From Candidatus Kapaibacterium sp. (GTDB lineage: Bacteria; Bacteroidota; Ignavibacteria; Kapaibacteriales; UBA2268): a stretch of DNA of 64,000 bases. How positions within the stretch are numbered: position 1 is the stretch's first letter; the number at the start of each line of letters is the position of its first letter. Below the pieces are notes generated by a model. The model searched no databases. It had not been told where the DNA came from and saw nothing but the letters and a program-made list of their open reading frames with translations. The stretch spans positions 3,584,001 through 3,648,000 of the forward strand of contig OY761611.1 in assembly GCA_963664875.1 (NCBI GenBank), written 5' to 3'. The position numbers were made by a program, and so were the translations under genes. Positions 28,718-38,111 of the stretch are shown here, piece by piece.

Positions 28718-30007
28718 TCAAATAAGTTTAGCATATACTTTGCTGCCAAGCTTATGTGTCAAATTGACTCTGCAAAAATCTTTTGGCATGGATGCATTGC
28801 CGGGGAAAGACACTCTTACGTAGTTTTCTGTCCATCCGCTCCACATACCTGTGCTCTCATTGAAAGATTCAGGTAAAACAGTTTTATCTTTGCCGATTTG
28901 AGATTCGTAAAATGCTTCCAATTTTTGTTCGCTTAACTCTCTGAGTATATTTGTCCTCTCTTTACGGATATTCATTGGTACAACGCCCTCGTAAGAGGCT
29001 GCAGGAGTGTTGTCTCGTTCAGAATATGTAAATACATGAAGATATGATATAGGCAAAGATTGAAGCAAATCATACGTTTCAGAAAAATGCCTGTCTGTTT
29101 CTCCCGGGAAACCTACAATCACATCATTACCTATGCAAACATCGGGTATGTTAGCGGCGACGTTATCGATTACTTCTTTGAAAAAATCGATACTATATCT
29201 TCTTTTCATTAATTTTAGTATTTCAGCAGAGCCGCTTTGCAATGGTATATGCAAATGAGGGCAGAAGTTTTTTGATTCTTTGAGCAGATTTATCAATGCT
29301 TTTTTTGCCTTGTTAGGTTCCAAAGAAGATATTCTTACCCGCAAACCCAAATCAAAAGAATCAATGAGTCTAATCAAATCTTCAAAGTTTTCACCTGTAT
29401 CTGCTTTGTATTCAGCAAGATTGATTCCCGAAACAATTACTTCCTTAGCTCCTGATTCGGCAATTTGCGAAAATTCCGATTTGATGCGTGCAAATGGCAT
29501 AGATCTGCTTTTGCCTCTTGCCATTGGTATAGTGCAGTATGTGCATCTGTAATCGCAGCCGTCTTGGAGTTTCATAAACACACGGGTTCTGTCCCGGTTT
29601 TCAAGGCTTGATGAAGCAGTAAAAGCAAGGTCTGTCATGTCCGAAGTATAAACGCAGGCATCAGCTTCCTTTTGGTATGACTCAATTATATCCGGAATAT
29701 CGAACTTTTCTTTAGTGCCAAAGACACCATTTACACCTTCGATAGCTGCAATTTCCTGTGGCTTGAGCTGGGCGTAACATCCCATAACCCCAATATATGC
29801 TTCGGGCAGTAGTCGCCTTGTTTTGCGGATTATTTTTCGTGCGTCATTGTCTGCATTATTAGTAACTGTGCATGTATTGATAAAGACGGCATCTGCGGCT
29901 TCTCCGTAGGGAACAGTAACGTGCCCTCTGGCTTCAAAAATTTCCTGCAACTTGGACATATCAGCGAAATTGACTTTGCAACCGATATTATAATAAGAGA
30001 TTTTCAT
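28718..30007 (-). CDS. mtaB: tRNA t6A37 methylthiotransferase MtaB
   Basis: GCKVN, INTCTVTN, GCYAQ, K.QDGCDYRCTYCTIP.ARG.SRS radical SAM motif and HVFTYSER. Confidence 0.93.
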   Translation of the reverse strand: MKISYYNIGCKVNFADMSKLQEIFEARGHVTVPYGEAADAVFINTCTVTNNADNDARKIIRKTRRLLPEAYIGVMGCYAQLKPQEIAAIEGVNGVFGTKEKFDIPDIIESYQKEADACVYTSDMTDLAFTASSSLENRDRTRVFMKLQDGCDYRCTYCTIPMARGKSRSMPFARIKSEFSQIAESGAKEVIVSGINLAEYKADTGENFEDLIRLIDSFDLGLRVRISSLEPNKAKKALINLLKESKNFCPHLHIPLQSGSAEILKLMKRRYSIDFFKEVIDNVAANIPDVCIGNDVIVGFPGETDRHFSETYDLLQSLPISYLHVFTYSERDNTPAASYEGVVPMNIRKERTNILRELSEQKLEAFYESQIGKDKTVLPESFNESTGMWSGWTENYVRVSFPGNASMPKDFCRVNLTHKLGSKVYAKLI

Positions 30008-30339
30008 ATATATAAGGTCTGTCAAATTACTTAGTAAAACGATAAGTGCATAATTTGCAAATGTATTAGATACAAATATACCTGCTTTTATTGCAGTAAA
30101 AAATTATATGAAGCCATTTTAAGCAGAGTGTCTTTATTTGAGCCACATTGAAACCTTTCATAGCAAAATCTATGGAGCGTATCAGAGTTGCTGAGATATT
30201 GTTTATATACTTCATTGGCAAATACGATTAGCTTGTAATCCGCATACAAATTGATTTGCTTTGTTATTATTATCCACTCTTTGAAATACTAAATAAATAT
30301 GCTATATTGTTCTCTTTTTTCTATTCTATGGTACTGTAA

Positions 30340-31404
30340 ATGACTGACTATTTGAATATAGATAAGAGCAATATGCACTCAGTTTTAAGTGCATTTCCTA
30401 ATCAGTTGGAAGAAGCTATCAATATTGCCGAAAATTTTGACTTGGGATTCGATTTGTCTGATATCAGAGACATAGTTGTGCTTGGCATGGGCGGTTCTGC
30501 AATAGGAGGGGACATCATCCGCTCGTATTGCGAAGCAACTCCCGGAGCAAACCATCTAAGAATTAAAATCAATCGCAACTACACTATACCTAAGTACATT
30601 GATGAAAACACTCTTGTAATTTGCAGCTCTTACTCAGGAAACACTGAGGAAACTATTTCCGGTTTTTTAGCTGCTTTAGAAAAAACAAAAAAAGTCTTTT
30701 GTATAAGCACAGGCGGAAAACTTTCAGAGCTTGCCTCCGAAAAAAACATACCTGTCATAACAATTCCGGGCGGGTTGCAGCCTCGATGTGCTATAGTGTA
30801 TTCTGTTTTTCCTGTATTACTTACTTTGGTTCGCAATGGTGCTTTTAGTGAGGAAGCTGTGGAAGTTACACTCGCTGCGATAAACGAACTTGGCGAAAAA
30901 AGCGAAAAGCTTGTGAAGGAATATGGCTCATTAGAAGAAAATAACCCGACTATCCAAATAGCAAAACAGCTGCTAAATAAAATAACTATAGTATATTCTG
31001 CATCTGAGTTGCTGGATACAATCAATTTGAGATGGAGAGGTCAGATACAGGAAAATGCAAAAGCTCTTGCTTTTGGTAATGTTTTGCCTGAAATGAACCA
31101 CAATGAAATAAACGGATGGCAAAATCCCGATGATATTTTGAAAAAATTTGTATTAGTATTCTTACAGGATCCAGCCGACGATAATCGCCTGCAGCCAAGA
31201 TATGCTGCTATGGAGAAGCTGCTTGGCGATAAAGTAAACACAATAATAAAAATTGAAAGAAAAGAGCAATATGCACTTGCACGAATGTTTACTTTATTGT
31301 ATTTTGGCGACTGGGTCAGCTATCATTTGGCTTTACTTTATGGTGAAGACCCAACCCCAATACCGCTTATTACGCGAATGAAAGACCTTATGTCATTTGC
31401 GTGA
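30340..31404 (+). CDS. Bifunctional phosphoglucose/phosphomannose isomerase
   Basis: GMGGSAIGG, SYSGNTEET, QPR and ENAK...PEMNHNEI. Confidence 0.92.
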   Translation: MTDYLNIDKSNMHSVLSAFPNQLEEAINIAENFDLGFDLSDIRDIVVLGMGGSAIGGDIIRSYCEATPGANHLRIKINRNYTIPKYIDENTLVICSSYSGNTEETISGFLAALEKTKKVFCISTGGKLSELASEKNIPVITIPGGLQPRCAIVYSVFPVLLTLVRNGAFSEEAVEVTLAAINELGEKSEKLVKEYGSLEENNPTIQIAKQLLNKITIVYSASELLDTINLRWRGQIQENAKALAFGNVLPEMNHNEINGWQNPDDILKKFVLVFLQDPADDNRLQPRYAAMEKLLGDKVNTIIKIERKEQYALARMFTLLYFGDWVSYHLALLYGEDPTPIPLITRMKDLMSFA

Positions 31405-31506
31405 TTCGTTGTTTTTTATTGCTTTGTTGGATATTATAAATATTTTTAGTATCTTTGTAGTCCATAGTTTGTTCTTAACGAAATTAACTAAAAAAAGAGA
31501 AGAAGT

Positions 31507-31911
31507 ATGGCCGTTCGTAAAAGATCCAGAAGAGCTAAATATATTACGCTCTATTCGCCTTTCCTTATGAAAGAAACAAAGCATGAGTTGATTGGGGAAC
31601 CGATAGAAACTGACAAAGGAAGGCATCAATGGGCCAGATGTACTCGTAGCCGTCACTCACAGCTTGTGAACTTAGACGCTATCGAAGCTGAAACAGATAA
31701 GTCTAAAGCTGTAGTGCACATTTCCAGAGAAGATGCCCGCAAATACTCTCCAATGGAAGAGTATGAAATTGGGGATGTTATCTTCCATAAAGTATGGGAT
31801 GATGTTGGCATCGTAAGAGCTAAAGAAGTTACTTCAAACGGAGGAAGGTCTATCCTCGTTCAGTTTGAGAAAAACAGCGAAAAGAGACTAATTGAAAATT
31901 TATCAAAATAA
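31507..31911 (+). CDS. Hypothetical protein with C-terminal UvrD/PcrA-type Tudor-like domain
   Basis: YEIGDVIFHKVW.DVGIV......ILVQFE...KRLI pattern. Confidence 0.65.
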   Translation: MAVRKRSRRAKYITLYSPFLMKETKHELIGEPIETDKGRHQWARCTRSRHSQLVNLDAIEAETDKSKAVVHISREDARKYSPMEEYEIGDVIFHKVWDDVGIVRAKEVTSNGGRSILVQFEKNSEKRLIENLSK

Positions 31912-31941
31912 AAATCTTCAGACAAAGTGAGGTGAGAAAAC

Positions 31942-32136
31942 GTGATTGGCGTTACCATTCAGGCTAATGAAAGTATTGACCGTGCACTAAAACGCTTTAA
32001 AAAGAAATACGAAAGAAGCGGCGTGCTACGTGAATTCAAAAAAAGAACTGCCTTTATGAAGCCTTCTGTTGAAAACAGACTTTCTAGATTGAAAGCTGCA
32101 AGACGTCAGCAGAGAATTTCAAGAGAAATCGACTAA
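31942..32136 (+). CDS. rpsU: 30S ribosomal protein S21
   Basis: ESIDRALKRFKKK..RSGVLREFK.R..F.KPS. Confidence 0.97.
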   Translation: MIGVTIQANESIDRALKRFKKKYERSGVLREFKKRTAFMKPSVENRLSRLKAARRQQRISREID

Positions 32137-32176
32137 GTTCTTTTCTCTTAGATAAAGGCAAATAAAGAAATTGCTT

Positions 32177-32211
32177 AAGAGCGATATATATTATTTTTAT
32201 GTATCGCTCTT
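32177..32211 (+). terminator. Hairpin after rpsU
   Basis: AAGAGCGATATA...TGTATCGCTCTT. Confidence 0.55.
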
Positions 32212-32242
32212 CGTGTTTCTAAAATCTACTTATTAGCTTAAT

Positions 32243-32773
32243 TTTGTCATTAGAAAATTAAAAAAGTACATAGACATAGCCTATAGTATTTTAACACCAC
32301 GGTAGTGTCTCATAAGTTAAAATTTGCATCATATTCTGGATGTTTGCAAGTTTTACCGACAGCTGAAGCAGTCGGTAAAACTTGTGTAACTCTTTGCAAT
32401 CGCATGCGTTAGCTTGTGGCAGGAGAAAATATAACGTTTGTTTTTCCGCTACTTTTACTAAATAGCATGACAAAACTCAGACTTCTGAGACAGCCTCACC
32501 CTAATTTGAAAAGAGGGGAATTTTCATTCCCCACTCTCCTTGAGAAGCAACTTTCTAAGCTTAAGTTTACCCAGAGTAAAGTCGAAAGGAAACAAAGGTG
32601 TGCCCGTAGTGTAGGGCGATGCACTGAGTTTGTCGAAGTGTAGTTGTAAGACTTATTTGTATAAACTTTCCTAAAATGGTAAGAAAATCTTACTTATATG
32701 ACAACTCTCTTATTGTTATAACTCGAATAAAAAAGTGAAGTTAGATTCAATAAGAAATTTTTATAATGACAAA
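32243..32773 (-). mobile_element. MITE-like composite dispersed repeat, copy A
   Basis: Terminal IRs TTTGTCATTAGAAAA / TTTTATAATGACAAA; about 32503-32773 aligns by eye (reverse complement) with 47602-47835; contains REP palindromes. Confidence 0.7.
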
Positions 32774-32828
32774 TATCTGTCTATATAAAACAAAAAATAT
32801 ATAAATCTGCTTCTAAAAAACGTATTTT

Positions 32829-33794
32829 TTATTTTCGTTTGTCAACCTGCTCTTTAATCCAAGCAAAGGTTTGTGCCATACCATCTTCTAATTTTCGTGT
32901 GGGCTTCCAAGCTAAATTCTCAAATATAAGGGCATTGTCGGAGTTTCTTCCTCTGACACCCTGTGGACCCGGGATGTGTCTGATAGTTAGCTCTTTGCCG
33001 GCAATTTTCATAATCATTTCAGCGAGTCCGTTGATAGAAATCATTTCGTCAGAACCTATGTTGACCGGTCCTGTGAAATCAGAACGAATCAATTTAAGCA
33101 CGCCGTCGATACATTCGTCGATGTAAAGGAATGATCTTGTCTGTTTTCCGTCGCCCCACATAACAATTTCGCCACCATTTTCAGTTTCAGCAACTTTACG
33201 GCACATAGCTGCAGGAGCTTTTTCGCGACCGCCCTCCCAAGTGCCTTCAGGCCCGAAAATATTATGGAAGCGTGCGATGCGTACATCCATTCCGAAGTTT
33301 CTATGATAAGAAAGAAAGAGTCTTTCGCTAAATAATTTTTCCCAACCATATTCGCTGTCAGGAGCGGCAGGGTAGGCACTTTCTTCACTGCATTTGGGAT
33401 TGTCAGGGTCTAACTGATTGTATTCGGGATATATGCAAGCCGAAGAAGAATAGAAAATGCGTTTGATGTTTCGCTTGTGACAGGTGTCGAGTACGTTCAG
33501 ATTAACCAAAGCAGAATTGTGCATAATATCAGCGTCGTTGTCGCCTGTAAATACAAAACCTGCACCGCCCATATCAGCGGCTAATTGGTAAACTTCGTCA
33601 AATTGCCTGTCTATTCCACGCTGACATACAGTAATATCCCGTAAATCGCCAATCATAAAATCGTCGGCAGCAGTTTCGCCAAACTCAGGGAATTTCAAAT
33701 CAATACCGCGAACCCAAAAGCCTTCACTTTTCAACCGTTTCACTAAGTGAGAGCCAATAAAACCACCGGCTCCACAAACCAAAGCTGTTTTCAT
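32829..33794 (-). CDS. NAD-dependent epimerase, GDP-mannose 3,5-epimerase-like
   Basis: GAGGFIGSHL, LAADMGG.GF, YSSSACIYP, YGWEKLFSE and GGREKAPAA.CRK. Confidence 0.9.
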   Translation of the reverse strand: MKTALVCGAGGFIGSHLVKRLKSEGFWVRGIDLKFPEFGETAADDFMIGDLRDITVCQRGIDRQFDEVYQLAADMGGAGFVFTGDNDADIMHNSALVNLNVLDTCHKRNIKRIFYSSSACIYPEYNQLDPDNPKCSEESAYPAAPDSEYGWEKLFSERLFLSYHRNFGMDVRIARFHNIFGPEGTWEGGREKAPAAMCRKVAETENGGEIVMWGDGKQTRSFLYIDECIDGVLKLIRSDFTGPVNIGSDEMISINGLAEMIMKIAGKELTIRHIPGPQGVRGRNSDNALIFENLAWKPTRKLEDGMAQTFAWIKEQVDKRK

Positions 33795-33970
33795 CACACT
33801 AACTCCAAAAATATTTATTTCTTTATTATCTGTTTTATTTTTTAGCAAATCATTTGCTAACGCAATATATAAAGATTTTATATATCCGTAAAATTAGTAC
33901 ACACTAAAATAGATAAAGTTCGGAAAATATATTGCCAAAAGGGAATATTAAGGTTGAAAAAGAAAGTTTC

Positions 33971-34010
33971 TAGAAGCACAAGCAGAATTTGCTACCTACT
34001 TGTGCTTCTA
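33971..34010 (-). terminator. Terminator of the (pre-insertion) surface-protein gene
   Basis: TAGAAGCACAAG...CTTGTGCTTCTA. Confidence 0.6.
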
Positions 34011-34035
34011 AAAAAGAAAGGCTAAATATTTATTA

Positions 34036-34110
34036 CTACATTCTTCTATACATAAACCAGCCACCACCAAATACTAAGCCTGCAGCAAGGAATATTAGCC
34101 CCCATTCAGG
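34036..34110 (-). pseudogene. Detached IPTL-CTERM anchor segment of the 35.3-37.9 kb gene
   Basis: Translates PEWGLIFLAAGLVFGGGWFMYRRM*, the in-frame continuation of VVPTL across the IS target duplication. Confidence 0.9.
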
Positions 34111-35302
34111 CAGGGTTGATTCATTCTAACAAAGTCACCAATAGTTCTACATTGTCGGCAGTCTCATAGAAAAAGTTGGTACAATCAATACGCTTCTTTG
34201 ACCTAAAAATATTGATACAAATTGACTTTATTATACTCATGACTGAAGCTGCTTGTGTATTTCTCACTTTCCAAGCATCTTCTTTCATTACCACATCCTT
34301 TACCCAATGTAGCTGGTTTTCAATGCCCCAATGTCCTCGTATGCTCTGCATATAATACTTTGCTGGTTTTTCTTGACTGCTCAAATAATAATGTACATGA
34401 ACTTCCTGCATTTGTTTTGTTTTTCTAATCCTTTGTACCTTTACTAATTGCTGTGATCCGGACCACTCGTTCTTAATTTTATCGTTTAATGAATATACAT
34501 ATACTTTACGAGTTTCTCGTCTGTCTCTATTAGTTTCTTCGGTTTTATAATAATCGATCTTTGTTGACCAGCTCGAACTCAAACTCTCCAGTTCTTTGTA
34601 CAAACGACCTTGATTCTTTTTTACGCAAATAATATAGTTGTTGTTAGTACTAACAATTGTTCTTAGAGTTTTTTTGACAGTGTAAAGCATCCATTGTAAA
34701 GACTACGCCAGTCAGTTCTAAATCTCTAATCATTTCTTCAACTACGCTTATCTCGCTTGATTTTTTATTCTCATATTTGCTTATACTTAGTGACATTTTA
34801 CTTGATTGAGAATGTGCAGAAACAATGCTTATAAAGTTCTGGTATTTCGAATTGTATTCTACTAATGTGCCTTTCAAAGCTTTGCCATCTATACTGATTA
34901 TTTCACCGCTTTGAGGCTTTGCATAAACTTTTGACCACTCTTTAAAAATCTGTGCAAATTCATCAAAATCTATATTATTTACCACTCTAAAAATTGTTGC
35001 GTAAGTTGGTAATCTATCTTTATGAGGCTTTAAATATTTCAGTATGTCTTCGGCATTCTTCTTTATAAATCTTTCTATGCCACGATAGCCATATTGTCCG
35101 CTCATAGTCGCCATCAAAACCAGCAATAATACAAATGATTGATTATGGCGTGTGCCTTCCCTGCGACGCTTATCTGTCAACTTATCAAGATAATTTACTA
35201 ACGTTTGCTTTTCCATAAATCCCCCCAGATTAGAAAAGTTTGTGTTTGGCTTTCTATAATTTACTATATTATATGATATTTACAAAGAACAAATCATCCC
35301 TG
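34111..35302 (-). mobile_element. ISAs1-family insertion sequence (1192 bp) with 10-bp target duplication
   Basis: IRs CAGGGTTGATTCATTCT / CAGGGATGATTTGTTCT; CCCATTCAGG duplicated at 34101-34110 and 35303-35312. Confidence 0.93.
34121..35216 (-). CDS. ISAs1 transposase split in two frames at an A7 run (34650-35216 and 34121-34690)
   Basis: D.R...G..H, IDGKALKG, SEI and TMDALHCQK in ORF1; VKKNQ..L and RGHWGIENQLHWVKDV..ED in ORF2. Confidence 0.85.
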
Positions 35303-37886
35303 CCCATTCAGGTAGTGTTGGAACCACGCCGAAGTGTACCTGATCAGAGTAGAATGTACCACCGGCAGTTGTAATGTATGCTCTTACATAGTAGCCGGGG
35401 CCAACGGTTATTGTCGCATTATCAGTAAAGCTGGAGCTACCCGTGCCGTTTGAAGTTGAACCGGAGTTTGTAGTAGTTGTTGGGTTTTGAGATGTACTCC
35501 AGACATAACCTTTTGCTAATATTGGCTCAGAAGTTGGATTATTAATGTCAGCGGTTAGCTGATATTCTGTATCTGTGTTTTTCACTACATTTGAGATGGC
35601 AACAGATAGTTCTTCTGTAGTAAAACTAATTTGGTTGCTGTAGGATGTGCCACCTGCATTAGTTGCATAAGCTCGAACAAAATAAGTAGTACCAGGATTA
35701 AGTCCAGTCATACTACTGGAAAAGACTCCCGTACCTGTGCCGTCACTTGTTTTGTCGTCTGCGGTGGTGGGCGTTCCTGTAGTATTCCAACAGATGCCTT
35801 TTGCCGAAATATCTGCAGCACCGCCTACTGTGATTTCACTTGAAACTGACGCACCAATTGCAGTAATAGAAGTCGCAGGACTTGCTGCTACAACAGCAGT
35901 AGTTGTAAATGTAAGCTCATTACCGTAAGAAGTGCCATTGCCGTTTGTAGCATAAGCACGAACATAATATAAAGTATTTGATGTAAGCGTGTTTGGTGTA
36001 AGATTATAAGTACCTGTTCCGTAACTGCCGTTTTCACTTGTAATTGCATCTGTAGTTGTCGGAGTACCACTTGTGTTAATAGCTACACCACGAGTAGTCG
36101 CGTTTTGTCCACCGGTTGATGTTATTTCACTTGTAATTTGAGCTTGCGTTGTCATAATATTTGCGATAGAATTTGTCGTTACAGTCGGAGAAGTAAAGCC
36201 AACACCTTGTATATTAAAATTATAAGGATTCTCATCTGAGTCATCATTGGCTATGCTGATTGAGGCGGAGCGCGTACCTGTAGTAGTAGGGTTAAATGTA
36301 ACACTAAAAGTAGTAGTTCCGCCACCTGAAGCGATTGTGCCGGATGGAATAGCCGTCAATGTAAAATCAGAAGTGTGTCCAGTTATAGATACATACGGAC
36401 TTGGATTTGTCAAAGTCAAATTCCCTGTACCACTATTGGTAATAGTAAATGTCCGAAGCTGAGTGCCGCCATCGACAGCTATAGTACCAAAATCTGTATG
36501 GTCGTTTGTAGAAGGCGAGACATCTCCGTCGCTTATAACAGTACCATTACCGGAAATTGAAATTTCTGGGGCAGAAGCAGAAACATTTAGAGTGTAATCT
36601 TCTACTTCTCCATAATCAATATCACCATTTGTTGCTCCTGCATATGAAGTAACTACTCTCATTCTAATATTACCTGCTGTTGCAGTAACAGGAACATTTA
36701 TAGTTCCGTTATAAGTCTTGGGTGTGGTATTATCAGTACTATTTTCCATAATTGTAATTTTTTCATTTGCATCCGAAAAATCTTTATCTCCGTTCCAATC
36801 TACAAAAACATAGATATCTTCATTGTCTCCTAACGAATTCCCATTTAAAGTTACAGAGATTGGATAGCCTGTACTAACTGCAACATTTGTACTCTGTGCA
36901 GAATAATCTGAATACCCGGAAGAGTTTGAAGCACCTGACTGTCCCGTTGAATTGTTAATAGTGCCAAAAGTAACATTAGTAATCCAGTTGTATTGATTAT
37001 CACCTGAATTGTCTAAAGTGACGACAGGATACTCAGAAACTGTTATGGTAAATACTTCTTCATATGTGCGTGCTGTGCCATCTGTTACTCTTACTCTAAT
37101 GCTTTTGCTTCCTGCTGTTAATCCTGCTCCTGTTCTCAATTCATCACCTACAATACTAAAAGAAGAATTGTTAGTGCTACCGATACCGGCAACTAAAGAA
37201 TAAGTAAAAGTTTCACTACAATTTGCATCAGTTGCAGTAAATGTGCCAACAGTTACTCCTTGCGTAGTAGAACAAGATGTTCCACTAAGAGCAATATCTG
37301 TTGGATCTAAAGCAGACTGATCTCCTGATATTGCAATCTCATCTATCATACTTTGAGCCGCAGCACCAAAAGTCCCACTACCACAAGTTAAACCTGAATT
37401 TGATGTCATTATCCATCTTAAATAGAGTGTTGATTGGTTTTCACAAGCAACAGGCAGATTAAAAGGACCTTTGTTTGCTTTCGTAGTACTCAGACTGACT
37501 GTTGCTCCTGCAACATCAAACCATGCGATGTTATCAGTACTGTATTGTAACTTGAAATCTTTTGGACCTGACCAGTCAATAAAGCCAGGACAAGTACTGT
37601 ATTGTTGCCAACTTACTGTGATATTTGTCCATCCAGTAGTTGAAAAATTAACACGCCAATATTTTGTACCTGAACCACCATTCCAGTTTGTCGCAATATA
37701 TTCAGAGCCATTACCTCCATTGGAATTGAATAATCCTCCGGAACCAACAACCGTTAAACTGCCCCCACTCGCACCACATGAAGTATTAGGACTCATGGTA
37801 AAACCATTCCAACGTAAAAACTCTGTGCCTTGCATTGGTAGATTTGAAATTATTATAATTAAAAAGATTAAAACTATCTTTTTCAT
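35280..37886 (-). CDS. Large surface protein (cadherin-like, GEVED, choice-of-anchor/ASH-like and FN3-like repeats), IS-truncated in its IPTL-CTERM anchor
   Basis: Signal peptide MKKIVLIF; YGEVEDY; DFG...RTFTITNSGTGNL...DSDENPYNF; repeated YYVRAYATN..GTSY; ends VVPTLPEW and then runs into the IS. Confidence 0.88.
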   Translation of the reverse strand: MKKIVLIFLIIIISNLPMQGTEFLRWNGFTMSPNTSCGASGGSLTVVGSGGLFNSNGGNGSEYIATNWNGGSGTKYWRVNFSTTGWTNITVSWQQYSTCPGFIDWSGPKDFKLQYSTDNIAWFDVAGATVSLSTTKANKGPFNLPVACENQSTLYLRWIMTSNSGLTCGSGTFGAAAQSMIDEIAISGDQSALDPTDIALSGTSCSTTQGVTVGTFTATDANCSETFTYSLVAGIGSTNNSSFSIVGDELRTGAGLTAGSKSIRVRVTDGTARTYEEVFTITVSEYPVVTLDNSGDNQYNWITNVTFGTINNSTGQSGASNSSGYSDYSAQSTNVAVSTGYPISVTLNGNSLGDNEDIYVFVDWNGDKDFSDANEKITIMENSTDNTTPKTYNGTINVPVTATAGNIRMRVVTSYAGATNGDIDYGEVEDYTLNVSASAPEISISGNGTVISDGDVSPSTNDHTDFGTIAVDGGTQLRTFTITNSGTGNLTLTNPSPYVSITGHTSDFTLTAIPSGTIASGGGTTTFSVTFNPTTTGTRSASISIANDDSDENPYNFNIQGVGFTSPTVTTNSIANIMTTQAQITSEITSTGGQNATTRGVAINTSGTPTTTDAITSENGSYGTGTYNLTPNTLTSNTLYYVRAYATNGNGTSYGNELTFTTTAVVAASPATSITAIGASVSSEITVGGAADISAKGICWNTTGTPTTADDKTSDGTGTGVFSSSMTGLNPGTTYFVRAYATNAGGTSYSNQISFTTEELSVAISNVVKNTDTEYQLTADINNPTSEPILAKGYVWSTSQNPTTTTNSGSTSNGTGSSSFTDNATITVGPGYYVRAYITTAGGTFYSDQVHFGVVPTLPEWAGMICSL

Positions 37887-38050
37887 ATCCACACCTCCAT
37901 TGTGTAAACAATAGTATTAAATACGCAACACCCCAACGTCTATTATGCAAATATCGCAAATAGTTATTCACTTTTTGCAAAAAAAAGTTAAGTTTTTAAG
38001 ATTTTTTTTATAAAGCTGAGGGGGATAGGAGGCGGGATAAAGTATATATC

Positions 38051-38085
38051 AAAAAGCCGCAAATCAATTTGACTGATTGCGGCTT
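38051..38085 (-). terminator. Intrinsic terminator after the T9SS-domain membrane protein
   Basis: AAAAGCCGCAA...TTGCGGCTT. Confidence 0.65.
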
Positions 38086-38111
38086 GTAACATCTTACTGA
38101 TATGTTTCTTT

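Noticed and set aside
35280-35302. AGMICSL as the native C-terminus of the surface protein
   Set aside because: These codons come from the ISAs1 inverted repeat; the native tail lies at 34036-34110.
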